Below, piece by piece: positions 36,927 to 49,559 of a stretch of 64,000 nt of DNA. Made by a program: the position numbers and the translations under genes. This DNA is from Dicyema japonicum (lineage: Eukaryota > Animalia > Dicyemida): positions 344,158 to 408,157 of the forward strand of contig RDEW01000029.1 in NCBI GenBank assembly GCA_011109175.1, given 5' to 3'. The number at the start of each line of letters is the position of its first letter. The first letter of the stretch is position 1. The notes beneath the pieces were generated by a model, which was given only the letters and a program-made list of their open reading frames with translations, had not been told where the DNA came from and ran no database searches.

Positions 36927-37470
36927 TACGAGAGCGTGGAGGTAGCGTAGAAGCCATATATGTGAATACTGGTGGAGCTGCTCTCTAGTGCAGATCTTGG
37001 TGGTATTAGCAATTACTCAAATGGGATCTTTGCGGGCCTATGTGGAGAAAGGATTAATGTGAACATTATTTGGACATGAGTTAGTCGGTCCTAAGCATGT
37101 TGAAAAGTCATTGCCGTACTACCTTCCTTTACCCAAAACCAAACCGTGGATGGATGCAGATGCCGGATATATGGAAAACTGCCGAGGATATAGTTTCCTT
37201 ACAAATTGTGTTGGGAAGCCTTCTCATTTTTTGAGGAAACGGAAGAGGTCTCCAAGGGAAGAATGTTTTGCGAGCTTCCTCCCTTCGGAAGAGTCAGTGA
37301 CAGTACTGGGAGTGTCATGGAACAAATATCAACACAAGTAATATCCCATACGAAAAAACGTCCTTTGCTAAATAGGTAGATTGCAGGAAAAATCCCTATG
37401 TAAATCTAGTACCCTCAGCCTCTCAAATAGCGTAGCAGAGAGTCTTCAAGGAAAGAGCATTCTTCAGATT
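36927..37470 (+). rRNA. 28S rRNA relic, part 2 (increasingly decayed)
   Basis: GCGTGGAGGT, CTAGTGCAGATCTTGGTGGTA.TAGCAA, GTGGAGAAAGG, TTAGTCGGTCCTAAG; weaker colinear blocks to ~37470 and possibly ~38000 (TCCGTAACTT). Confidence 0.8.
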
Positions 37471-37529
37471 CTCGTCATCAAAACAAGCACCTTAATTTAT
37501 CCACGTGATCCATATTAGTGATTCGAACT

Positions 37530-37790
37530 TAACTTTATTTTAACATTTTTTTAGAAAACTGAACATTTAGATTTTTTTATCTTGGGACCCGACCATGTGA
37601 TACCTGAATTTTCCGGCAACTTGATCAGCGATGTAATTAACAGTTATTTTTGTTGTGGTTCCGGGATTAGTCGATCCGAAGTCATCAGACATTACGTTCA
37701 GCCAAGAAGGCCAATCATATACTTTATCTATGGAGGCACCTATCACAAAAGACGAAATCTCAGAATCTTACAAGTCAACGGCCACGATTA
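37530..37790 (-). mobile_element. Repeat with SINE2 tRNA-Arg-like head; part shared with 59850-59960
   Basis: GGCCTTCTTGGCTGAACGTAATGTCTGATGACTTCGGATC; TTTTTTAGAAAA.TGAAC block also at ~59880. Confidence 0.45.
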
Positions 37791-38160
37791 AATAAAAATT
37801 CCAAAGACCACGGTAACATCAAACTAACTGCTCCAGCAGAGACCTAATCTTGGCCCAATACTCCCCCTCGAGGCCACTCAAGCACCTGTAGGCCACATAA
37901 CTGGATACTCGTAGTCTCACGGGAATGTCCCTCGGTTTTTAGTGATTCCAGAAGAATTGGAGAAGGGACTTTTCCAAAAATTCATCGCTCCGTAACTTTA
38001 TAAGACCTTTTCTGACTAGCTTTGATATTTAAGGAATTTGTCAAAGAAGTGAGCGAACTCATGGGTTGTATGCATGTGTCCTTTTTGTACTAAAACTATT
38101 TAAAATAAATACTGTGCTTACAACTAAGATTTGAATATTAATTTAAATTTTCTTGTGGCA

Positions 38161-39770
38161 ATGCTACAACGTGGAAGAAATACATTTAAACTACATTTGA
38201 AATATTTATCTAATATCGACAATAATGATCGATTCGGCCAAACAGTACATATTCATCACTATCATAATAGTTGCCCCCACAATCTAATGAGAGACGAGTG
38301 CCGGCGACACGTGCTGAGAGAATAATCAACTTTGGGGGTAAGTTTTCTTGTTATTTAGGACTGATGGCCGGAATTGGAGTGGGGACAATATCTGAGGTTA
38401 TTAGGAAAAATATCAAAGGAGTGAGTGATCCCAATAATTTAAGGACTGCCGTCCTTTCTGAGTCCAATATTGAACGAATTGTTGCATCTCTTTGTAAGGT
38501 GAGAGGGGCTGCATTGAAACTCGCTCAGTTTCTAAGTATTCAGGGTTATCCTTTCAGTAAATCTGAGATTCAAACTTTATAGATCCAAAACTGAAGAAAA
38601 TATTCGACAGAGTCAGACAGAGTGCGGATTACATGCCTCCCTCACAACTCAAAGTGATTATAATGAATATGTCATAGAAAGTTCTAGAACGAGAATTAGG
38701 TGAAAGTTGGCGCCAAAATTTTGTCGAATTTGAAGGTAAACCATTTGCTGCCGCTTCGATTGGGCAGGTTCACAGAGGACGGTTAGTTTGTGGGACTCAG
38801 GTTGCAGTCAAAGTCCAAGTTTGTTGTTCTAACGTGATTTTTAGTACATTGGGGTCGACGAGAGCATAGAAAGCGATATAAAAAGCTTACTGACGTTAGT
38901 TAACTTTACGAACCTTTTCCCGCCAGGATTCTACATTGATCGAGCTGCAGAAATAGCAAGAAGGGAGTTGCTGCTTGAGGTTGACTATGAATATGAGGCC
39001 ACGTGTATGAAACAGTACAAGTAGGAATTGGGGTGTGATCACGTAGAAAACTGCTTGGAAATGACGAATTCCTGTATGTTCCAGAGGTTGTTGACACTCT
39101 CTGCACTAAACGAATTATCACTGCCGAACTTGTCCACGGACAGCCTGTGAACACAATCCAAGGAACTTTGAAGAGGGAAAAAGTCAATGAGGTGAAGATC
39201 TAGATGTATGCTAGATTTGTGGGAATATCCTTCGACTGGTTCTCACTGAGCTGTACAACTGGCGACTTGTGCAGTCTGACCCCAATTGGTCCAACTTCTA
39301 CTATGACAGTCATAAAAATCGGGTATTTTGTAGTTTGACCGTTTCAGTTGAATTTGCTTGATTTTGGAGCCACGAGGTCCTACAGCAAAGAGTTTGTTGA
39401 CAAATATTTGAAGCTGATAAACTCTGCCATAGAGGATGATACGGAACAAGTGTTAGTGATGTCGAGGGAGATCGGATTCCTGACTGGGGAGGAGTCGAAG
39501 ACGATGGAAGAGGCTCACTGTTCGTCGATTTTGATACTTGCTGAAGCACTCAAGTCTGACAATTATGACTTTGGAAGTCAAAATGCGACTACTCGAATAG
39601 CTAGCATTCTTCCAGTGATGATAAAAAATAGACTGACTCCCCCACCAGAGGAGACATACTCACTTCACAGAAAGATGTCCGGCATCTTTATGCTATTTTG
39701 TGAATTAAAAGCTGTTGTCCCCTGCTTCACTATTTTTGAGAAAGTCAGGAGAGAATATAAATTTGACTAA
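38161..39770 (+). CDS. COQ8: Atypical kinase COQ8/ADCK3-4 (UbiB family)
   Basis: ERRVPATRAERIINFG, KVRGAALKLAQ, RVRQSADYMP, PFAAASIGQVHRG, VAVKVQ, QSDPNWSNF, LLDFGATR, LTPPPEETYSLHRKMSG; introns of about 21-38 nt (e.g. 38338-38358). Confidence 0.95.
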
Positions 39771-39779
39771 TTTTTTATA

Positions 39780-40030
39780 CGAGTTTACTTTTATGAGGAG
39801 ATGTGGCTATTATTGTAGTTAAAGGCACCCTGTGTTCCCCACAAGCTTATATTAAGCACTCTCGCCTTGCCATGGTAAGGACAAACCATGCGAAACAACA
39901 AAATCATCTTCCTCCACTTGCTCCTGTCATAAGCAAGCTCCTGTAGTCCATCCAAATCCTTTCTTCTCAGAGGCGTCTCCCGATTTTTTGAATTTCCTCG
40001 TCGAGAATTATCAGAAGAATGGTCCATGTA
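39780..40030 (-). mobile_element. RTE 3' fragment
   Basis: DLDGLQELAYDRSKWRKMI. Confidence 0.6.
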
Positions 40031-40212
40031 ATGGGGGAATCAGAGGCGAAGAAGTACTCTATGGGCAAGTTAGCTGAGGTATCCAGGTCCATTCTCAGAA
40101 CAAAGTATACGCGTTTACATAAGCATATAAATACTTTTTGGTTACGATTTACTATTGGTTGAGATTGGATGTGTCACGGACTCTGTCTTAAATCCACGGT
40201 AACGCCTAACTA

Positions 40213-40701
40213 CAGCCTACCCCCGAAATAGGGGGAAATTCCCCAATTTTGAGGTTTTCCCAAAAATGAGGGTCTTAAAAAACTAAATAAACAATGTAGA
40301 GAAATTACTTTTATAATAAGAATTTACTGTAAAACAGTAAACACTCATTAATCCGAACAAAAAAATATGGATGCTCTTCGGACTATGAAGGGAATAAATA
40401 TACTAATTTCATTATATATTTTCATATAATAATCTCTCCATTTTCAGCATCAATTGTTTCTTCGTCGACATTATAATCCTCACAAAGATGACAATTTCGT
40501 TCTCGTCGAGCATTTATATTTGAGTTGTTTCTTTTTGACCAGTTTTTTTGGTACTCATTCAAAACAGGATCTTGAATGATATTTTCATTAGCAAATTATT
40601 CAAAACATTTAATTGCCCCTGTACCATAATGATGGCTTTTCGTAAAATCACAAAAAAAATTTTTTCCAAATCAAGGACTTTCCCAAAACGAGGTCGGACT
40701 G
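40213..40701. mobile_element. pogo-like MITE
   Basis: TA-flanked imperfect TIRs CAGCCTACCCCCG / CGAGGTCGGACTG. Confidence 0.45.
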
Positions 40702-40949
40702 TACTCATATGATCCTAAGACAATATTCACATGATCTTAACACAATGTTCCTCCCTCGAGTATATATAAGCACGCATCAATCAAGGGTAGAGTCGGATGC
40801 TCAAGTTGAATTGACACGTACCTCGGTTCTTATATATAAGAGATTTTGATAGAGTTAAAGAGGAGTCCTTTCCAAAAGTTTATCGCTACATAACTTCGAA
40901 TCCCCCATTCTGGCACATGCGTAAAAAATGGACGGCATAACTAAGGTCC

Positions 40950-41230
40950 TGTTTGCTGCAAAATTTTCTTAATTAAATGTCTCCATCGGCTCCTTCATTT
41001 GCATCTGCTCGTACGTCTTTATGTCGTCTGCACATATAAGTTTTCTTCTAATTCTATTAAGATCCCTAGGGATAGTGACTCTAGAGTTTCCTCTGAACGG
41101 TGGTCCGTTCTCATTTTACAAGTAGTTGTCTAGTGTTCTATTTGCAGGGGCGATTATGTTCATTCTAAGCACGTGCCCAAACAGTCTCCATCTTAATTCA
41201 ATGATATCAAAGCTTAATGGAAACGATTGT
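40950..41230 (-). mobile_element. RTE 3' fragment
   Basis: LRWRLFGHVLRM..APAN..PPFRG. Confidence 0.7.
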
Positions 41231-41274
41231 GCCACAGTATAATTTCTTAATTCCACTTTTTACTAATTTATTTA

Positions 41275-41834
41275 TTAACCCCGGGATCACCGAGTAAGAA
41301 AGACAAAATTAAAGTCAACTAGTTATGTGATCCCAGTTCCCGCAACCAAACGTACCATTCTAAGCCTGTGCGTCTCCATTGTTCCCACTGTCGAACTGAA
41401 ATGCCTTCGTTGATCCTTTCAGAGGAAGCCGATTTGGGACGGAAATTTCTTAGCCAACCTATTTTCTTTTGCGTGGAACAGTGAGAGGCTTAGTGGGTTT
41501 CCATCTTCCTCAAAAATGCGGAAAAATCCGGAATCACATCTACGGGTTGTAGATTCCGTCAGCAAGAGAGGTATTTTTGTTGCACATTGTGGTCCCAGCA
41601 TACGTATTTTTTTCCATTGCAGTAAGTTTAGTTTTTTGATAGTGGTCTCTGATAACGTGAATCTCCATTCAGCAGAAGCATATTCCACGGCCGGCGCGAT
41701 TGTCTGGCTGTATGTGGTTCCGATTGCTTTATTCATATTCGCTGGAGTATTCTGGATGAAGGCCCGTGTGACATTCAATTTCTGTAGTCCTTTGGTGAAG
41801 AATTGTTTGGCATGGTAGGTAAAAGTAAAAAAAA
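41275..41834 (-). mobile_element. Vingi-like 3' fragment with 20-bp TSD
   Basis: ACTTTTTACTAATTTATTTA at 41255-41274 and 41835-41854; GGGATCAC..GTGATCCC 3' hairpin. Confidence 0.8.
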
Positions 41835-41854
41835 ACTTTTTACTAATTTATTTA

Positions 41855-43675
41855 ATAACCCTAAAAGGAACACCAAGAAAGAAGGAGTAAATCAACTAAT
41901 TAAGTGATCCCGGTACGCCTCAAAAGGATCGAAAGATTTTTCTTATGTTTCTTTAGAGTACCCACGGCTTTCCTGTACCGAAACTATCAACTTTCATTAG
42001 AATTTGAAGAGGGGTGGGTTTTTTTCCAATTTACGTGTATTTGAGGCTTCTAATTTTAAATGGAAAAAACAACTTGTTTCGTGACCACACAGATCGATGA
42101 AATCGGAACCGTTGTTTTCGATTGAGGCATGGTCAAGCATTGGGGGAAGACGGGACCTCGATCTTGCGTGGGCTATACAGACACATCCTATTCTTCCGGA
42201 AAGAAAATAGGCTATCCTTCTTTTCAAATCCGGATGAATGATGGTGTCGAAAGCCGTTAATGAAGTTGGACGGTAGGAAGAAGGTAAGGTTTTCGGTTTT
42301 CTTGGTTTTAAGAGGGGTATTATAAGTGAGTTCTTCCATTTGCATGGGATGTCGTTCTTGTTAGAAGACATTAAAATTTGACGTAATCGAATTGATTGCA
42401 ACATTACCATGGTGTTTTAGTAAAATTCCCAGAATATCGTCAGGACCACACGTATAAGATCTCTTCATCGATCTTGTAGTCTGTGTGACCTTGGCATGCG
42501 TGAATAAATTAATCCACGAGGTTGGTTTAGGCATTAAATTCCGAAGTGACAGGAATGAGTTTTCGAGAAGTCCTTGTGACTTATAAATGCGTAATATTTC
42601 ATTAAGTTGTGGCTTGCTCAGTATTTGGAGCAGAAAAGGATTCTGATACATCCGATAAACTTAGCTTGATTCGACGAATAGTTTTCCACAAAAGACTCGT
42701 GGATTTCATATGTCCAATAGATGATAATAGGTTCCACGCCCTATCTTTCTTTTTTCAGATGAGTTTTGTGATTCTCTGATTTAAGCATTTTATATTTTCA
42801 AAATCAAAAGATGTGTTGATGATTCATCTTCAGGGAGTTTCTTTGATTGATGAGGAGACGAGTCTCCGAGCCCAGAGTAGCCTTGTAGGATTTGTAAACT
42901 GCACATGGACAAACATCTTTTCAGCTCGAAGGATTACATAGTTTAGATGGTCCACAGCTTTGTCGATGGAGCAAAATGAGCTGGGATCAAAATGTATTGG
43001 GTTATGGTCAATGAAGAGCTTGAAATTTGACCAGTCAGCTTTCTTGTAGACCTTGAAGATTGCTTTAATTCCACGTGAGTTATTGAATTGGCTCAGTTTT
43101 AATACAATCGGATTATGATCACTATGAAAATCGAAGGAGACGTTACATGAAATCATCGGGGGCAATCTTAGAGGAAGCAAAAGATATGTCGAGGGAGGTT
43201 GGGTTGTCATTTCTTCGGATTGATGTTTTTGTGAAGATGTACGGGTGATTCAGAATCATCATTTTTTCGAAATAGTCAATAATTAGACTCCCCCTCTTGT
43301 CTGCCGACTGAATACTAAGCCATTGGGGATGTTTGGCGTTGAAATCCCCACATAATAACACATTTCGAATTTCTAAGGCAAAGTCATTTTGTGCTTCGAT
43401 GATAGACATCGCAACTCCAGAATCTTTGTTTTTATTCCGTTAGCATTGAATTGCATAATAACAGGAGGTTTTGGTCCAGGGTTTTGTTCAATATCTACAG
43501 AAAGCTATAGAATCCATGGGAACAAACAACATCTCGAGTTTCCAGTTGAGGTATACCATCCAGACATACGAGGAGTCTGGATGGAAAAAAGAAAATAGTT
43601 CTTTTTGGTGAAACTTGACACTGAATGCTACCATAAAAGGTGAACCACATGACGCCACGCTAACATACTTCAAAC
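41855..43675 (-). mobile_element. Vingi/Ingi-like LINE (2A-APE-RT, internally deleted)
   Basis: 5' hallmark, LSVDIEQNPGP, MQFNANG, CGDFNAKHPQW, SDHNPI, GPDDI, KPKTLPSSYRP, GGGATCAC tail. Confidence 0.8.
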
Positions 43676-43854
43676 CCGCGATACAATGGATCGACTAATA
43701 CAAACAAATGATACAATTAATTTAATCCCAGAAATTAAATTAATAGAATTGAGAAGCGGAAATTTTTATCATTATATTTTTTTATTAAAAAAGATCTTAA
43801 ATGTGACAAATTTAAAGTCTTGCCAAAATGTGAGGCCGTCTTGTTTAGTGGATT

Positions 43855-46700
43855 ATTATTATTACCCCCAGGATCACTGGGTCAAAGAGAAAGAAAAGTT
43901 CTCATCTAACTAAGTGATCCCAGACCGACAAAGGTGAAGACGAGTCCGGCGGGGTCGAGAATCCTGAACAGCTCTTCTCATTGGACATGGCATCGGCTCA
44001 CAATTTCTGTATGATTGTAGATAATTCGATAGTATTTGGAATAGAGGGCAGCTCGGTAGAACAGCCTCCTTTAATAGTTTCCGTTGTAGTTCAATTAAAA
44101 AATTTTCGATAGGTTGGATATTGTGATCTGGTCCAATTAACCTTATTGCAGTCTCCTCGATAGCAGATAATTTCAATGTGGAAGATCGTGACATTTGCAT
44201 TGCCCATGAAGGACTTGCATACGTCATCGTTGGTAGGATAAATTGTTTGTATATCGTGGCAAGGATCCCAGTTTGATCTCTAAATATTTTTGAGAGCACT
44301 TTTAAAATTCTTAATTTTTTCAGAGCAGAAGTTACTCTGTTTTCAACATGCCGGATAAAGGTGAGTCCCTGATCAAAGGTTACTCCCAGAATCTTCGGTG
44401 TTTTGTTAATAGAGATAGCTTCGTTCTTCATAAAGACTTTTGGTTCGATACAGAGCTGTCTCTTGTAGGTGGTAAACAGTGTGACAAAGGACTTTGCAGC
44501 TGATGTGTCAAGTCTCCGCTTCGAGAGCCATAGTTCCAAGTTGTCGAGCATTTGTTGAGCCTACTGAGTCGCTGATTAAATGCTTCTGTTCTTGGAGCAA
44601 GAATGATATCGTCGGCATAGGAGAGGATTAGACAGTTTTCATTACAGGTTTGTGGCATGTCGTTTATGTAGAGATTGAAGAGTTGGGGTGATAGTGGGGA
44701 GCCTTGAGGGACTCCATTTGGGAAATAGCGAGATCATGATTTGATGTTGTTGCAGAGTACTTGTGCTAGTCTTCCATTTAGGAAGTTTCCAAGACAAAGT
44801 TTCAGGTTCGGATGGATGTTGGTTTCGTATATTTTCTTTGTTAGGAGTTTCCTGGGGACTGAGTCGAACGCTTTTGTGATCTCCACGGATATAAGTACTG
44901 TCCTCTGATGGGTTTGGGGGAGTTAAATCCTTCCGCAATGAATTGTGTGAGGGTTGTAAGGTGTGTTGTCGTCGAATGGTTGTCCCGGAATCCGTGCTGG
45001 GTCGGAGGTATTGAGATTGAGTCTTGTATTTTTTCCAAAACAAGCCTTTCAAGGATCCTTGAGACCGGACTTAGAATAGATATTGGGCGATAGGAAGATG
45101 GTTCATCTATTGGTTTGTTGGGTTTTCGGATAGGTCTGATTAGAGACTTCTTCCATATTTCAGGGATTGTATTTGTGTTAATGGATAGGTTGAATATATA
45201 GGCTAATAGTTCCAGGGCTCGATGGCCTAGGTGCTTCAGTTCACATGTGGTTATGTTGTCTGGTCCTTTGGCCTCTGAGTTGTTGGCCTTAGATATGGCT
45301 CTGCGAACATCCTGACTAGTAAATAGGATCCAGTCATCGGAGCGTTTCGGTTCAATCTTTTTCAGGAATACTTGGTGTTCTTTTGAAAACTTCCTGTAGG
45401 ATATAGATGTGTAATATTTTATCAGAGTGTCTGGTTTTATGTAGACTTCGACTTTTCTCTCTGGGGAGGGTCTTTTGATTTTTGATCCACTTCCACACTC
45501 TTTACATTGGGGAGTTTTGTAGAGAGCTTTCGATAGTCTCGTCCATCTATTTGCATTTTCTGTCTTTATGTTGTTGTCGATCTCTCTGTTCAATTCTCGT
45601 ATTTTCCTGATGTTTCTTCTGTTGGCGATTTTACCATCTTTAGATTATTTCGTTCTCTGATCAGATGTTTCGTCGTTGTGTTAAAACGTTTTGATGACGT
45701 TGGTTGTCTCCCCATAGGAATGTACTTCTTTTTCGCATCGTTTATAATGGAGTTGAACCATTTCACTAATTGTTCGACGGAGGGAAAAGTGGGGAAATTT
45801 AATAGTCCAATACAATTATCGACGTATTCCTTGAATCCTTTCCAATTCGCAAGGCTGTAGTTAGTTATTGTTGGGCATTGTCCTTTTATCCGTGACCTTG
45901 TTTTGACCTCCAAAAATATTGGGTTGTGGTCACTCCTGGTGTCATACTTCACTGACCAGTCAATAAGTGGGGCCAAGGACGGTGATGACAATGAGATGTC
46001 GATAGAAGAAGGTTTATCATTACGTCGAGTAGGTGTTCTTGTATGAGATGCAGGATCGTTGAGTATACATAGGCTGTGGAGGTCCTCAATTATCATCTTC
46101 CCTCTTTTGTCGTAGGTTTGTCCTGTCAGCCACAGTGGGTGCTTCGCATTGAAGTCACCACAGATAATCACATCCTTTAGTGACGCGAGAGGAGTGAGTC
46201 TGGGGGCACTGGACGAGCAGGAACTCAGTGGTGGGAGATATGCGTTGACAATTGTTATTGATAGTCTTGGGAATCGTATTTTGGTAACCAAAAGTTCGAG
46301 ATTTCCATATCCTTTAAGCATAGTGTAAGCACTGTTGGTTATGTCCTCAAACGGAATGCCGTTGCGGATAACTGTGAGAAGACCCCCACCAAGTTTGCCA
46401 ATTCTGTCACGGCGAATTACTGTGAATCCCGGAAATACTGGTGTTGAATTCTTTGGAGAAAGTTTAGACTCTTAAATTAGCAACAGATCAATGTGATTTT
46501 CTTTCACAAATGTCCGAAGTTCGAGTATTTTGTTCTTGATTCCATTTATGTTCAGGTGGACTATTCTGGCTCGGCCAGGGTTTGCCTCAACGTCTCCGTA
46601 GTGGCGCAGGCCTTCCTTATTGGTCCACCCGTGAAGATAGGGGAAAGTGTGGTTTTTTTTTCAAATGCCACCACGTCGTCGGCGAGCCATGTTATTCAAA
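43855..46700 (-). mobile_element. Vingi/Ingi-like LINE, near full length, no ORF1, decayed
   Basis: GDVEANPGR, HLNING, GDFNAKHP, SDHNPI, SSYRPISIL, QHGFR, GVPQG, SYADD, KILGVTFD, C-terminal C/H motif, and 3' hairpin with (TAA)n tail. Confidence 0.9.
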
Positions 46701-46908
46701 TTTATTCAAAAAAAATAAATAAAGTGAACTGGTCCAAAACAAACAGAAAATGAAAACTTTGGATTTGGCAATTATTTTAATCAATAAGCATATGCGATAC
46801 CATTTACAAATTTAATGTCTGAGAGGCAGAAAAGATAGTTTTTGTACAAAAACAATTTGGACAGATGTTCATGGCTCATTTAAAAGTAATGATAAAGTCA
46901 AGGCAAAG

Positions 46909-48619
46909 ATGACATTTCTGTTACTCTTGGTTGGGTTTTGCAGTACCAAAGAATGTACCGTTTTAATTAAGTTTTAGTTTACGGAGAGACAAAATGTTAT
47001 GGGAAAAGTTATTCAGGAAAGAACCAGACTTCTAGTGTAATTTGCCCGCCAAACATGGTCATTTCTCAATGCAGTTACAAGGGATTTGTCGACGGGACGT
47101 TTGTTGTTGAGGATCATTGCGTCACCAGAGGAGCGAAAGATGGTGTCAAATTTAAAGTATCCGGCAAAGTTGATGTAGGCCATTGTAACGTGCGTCCCCC
47201 GGTTGCTATTTAAGGCAATTACGATCGCTAAAATAATAAATGTCAACGGAGAACTGGTTTGTCCGCCGAATTCCGTGATTAGTGACTGCCGTACATACCA
47301 TCCGTTGTCTTGAGTTTTTACTTTAGGTGGGCGAAACTCAGACCTCATACCAAAAAGATCCAAAGCAATAAATGTGTCATCAATTCAACGAATTCAAAGA
47401 ATCACTATCCACTCAACACAGAAGTCACGTGCCTCGGTTTACTCAGCTAATAACCTAAAGAACGAATTTCAGCTCCCATGACTAAGTACATTGTTACGGA
47501 TTCTGACGGAAAAACTAGTATAATTGGAGTCTGCCAAAAGGGATACACATTAAAGTCTTGTTGTTGTAAAACTTGCTTCTCTACAGAGATCGTAGACCGA
47601 TTGTGCATTCTGCGATATAATGGATCGATCTCCCATATGAAGGTGGAAGTTAAAGTTACTCGATAGTCATCTAATAACTGCATTAAAGATGACGATGTCG
47701 AAACAGTCGTGAAAGATGTAAATGACCTACAAAAGTGTGATGTTCCCTTCATTGCTGGATGCACACTGAAAGTCAAGTTTCCCTCATTTTTATAAATAAG
47801 TTCTGGCGAGTCTTTCTCCCAGTTGTACAGAACCATGGATGCAAGTTGCAAATTGACGAAACACTGTGAGAAATGCAAGGTTCAAGAACTTCTTATTGGT
47901 GGCATTTATGGATTCATTTTAGTCCCCAAAACCATCAAGATCACTAATCGGGAGAGGACTCGGTGTCCTTCGGGGTTCACATTGACAAACTGCGTTGCTG
48001 AATCCGACCAGGCGTTCGTGAAACGAGAAATCTGCTATCCCATGACTCCTAAAAACAAGGTATACTACTCCTATAAATGGAAGGTTACGGCCTATTGCAA
48101 AAACTTCCCCCATTCGGACACCTACTATCGCACAGTAAATGCCACACAGACTGGACTCAACTCTGGGTCCTGTGAGGCAGGGGAAACCTTGGTGGCTTGT
48201 ATCCCAAACCAAGTTACTGATTATCCAAATTTCAAAATTTCCGCCAACGAATGCTATTTTAGTTCAAAGTCCGTGACTGCTGTTTGCTTAAGTGAGTGGT
48301 AGGTTAAATAATTTAGGGGATCATTCGGTAGAGGTGATCAGCGATGTATTCTTTGCAAAATATGGAGGGAAAAATAACTCAGTTTCTGTTCAATGTCCCC
48401 CAAAATATTACGTTTCCTCTTGCACTAACAAAATCTCTGCAACTTTCAACCATAACTATATAGTCGACAATATTTGCCATGCTTACTCTCCACTGCCAGA
48501 TGTACCGATTCAAGTTTGATGTGTTTTTATTTCAGGCACGTGCGATTTGTTTAATGGAGAACTATAAATATTCGGTTAAACACGGCTCTAGTGGTGAACC
48601 ACCAAGTGGGGGATTATAA
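46909..48619 (+). CDS. Secreted Cys-rich protein of about 7 PCSK9-CHRD/resistin-like modules
   Basis: Signal-like MTFLLLLVGFCS; modules CPPNMVISQC, CPPNSVISDC, CQKGYTLKSCCC, CDVPFIAGC, CPSGFTLTNC, CEAGETLVAC, CPPKYYVSSC..NYIVDNIC..ARAIC; micro-introns. The junction near 47290-47326 is unresolved and the gene may extend to ~48930. Confidence 0.75.
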
Positions 48620-48939
48620 TATTGCATCCCTTAGTTAGGTTGATTTATGTTGTTTGGTCTTTACTAGAATAGTCAATTTTAAATTAAATTATTGCAGACT
48701 AAGGGTGCACCAAAAGAATTCCCTGTTCCTGACGCTTCCCAGAACCCTCACCAAACTACAGTAATCCAGGGGACGTGTCCTGGAAAGCTGGTGTCAATTT
48801 CATCAACTGTCGAGCTAAATTGTTTTCAGGTAGAATGAATAGATTGATTCTTTTGAATGTTGATTGTGTCAGATTTTACTCCCGTCATGTGTTCAAAAAT
48901 TGCACCGAAACGTGTGACCAACCTTAGAGATGTCATCCG

Positions 48940-49250
48940 TTCAGATTATAGTGGGGGTTGGAAATGGTTACGAGACTGGCATCCATTCAACGAGATTCCA
49001 AAGACTCCGAGGGAAATCTCATTGTCGTTAAACTGGATATCTCCAATGCCTTCAACAGTGTCAGACGGGATTACCACTGAGCACCCGAGGACTATAAACT
49101 GGCTGCCCTGGTATATGACTCGGACAGCCCTCTTGTCTTCCGTTCTCAGACCGGTGTCCAGCAAGGGGACCAGCTTGTGCCAGTGCTTTTTTTACTCTGA
49201 CTGTCGATGATTTTGCGTTCCCAGTTCGATTTATGATATCTGAAAGACGC
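48940..49250 (+). mobile_element. CRE-like RT fragment
   Basis: KLDISNAFNSVRRD, GVQQGD. Confidence 0.7.
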
Positions 49251-49559
49251 TATTATCCACAACTCCGTTTTTGAGGTGTCTAGGATTTGCCGTGAATGTC
49301 TCGCAGATTGAGATTATCAACTTTTCCATGTCTGACGTAGATTTTGTTTCCGTTGTCTTTTCATACCAAAGTTAATCTTCGTTCTGAGAGGTCGCCAGTC
49401 TTTACGCACAAGGATATCCTAAACACCACAAAAATCCTAAAGTCCTTAGTATATGATGTACCATGCATGCGACTGGTGTGTAGGGGAAATCTTCCAGGAA
49501 CGCTTCGGAATTGTCATCGTTAGCGAAAATGTTCACTGTTTATTGGAATCTGGTATCCA

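Noticed and set aside
41060-41110. U3 snoRNA-like segment
   Set aside because: It is the antisense of an RTE 3' coding fragment.
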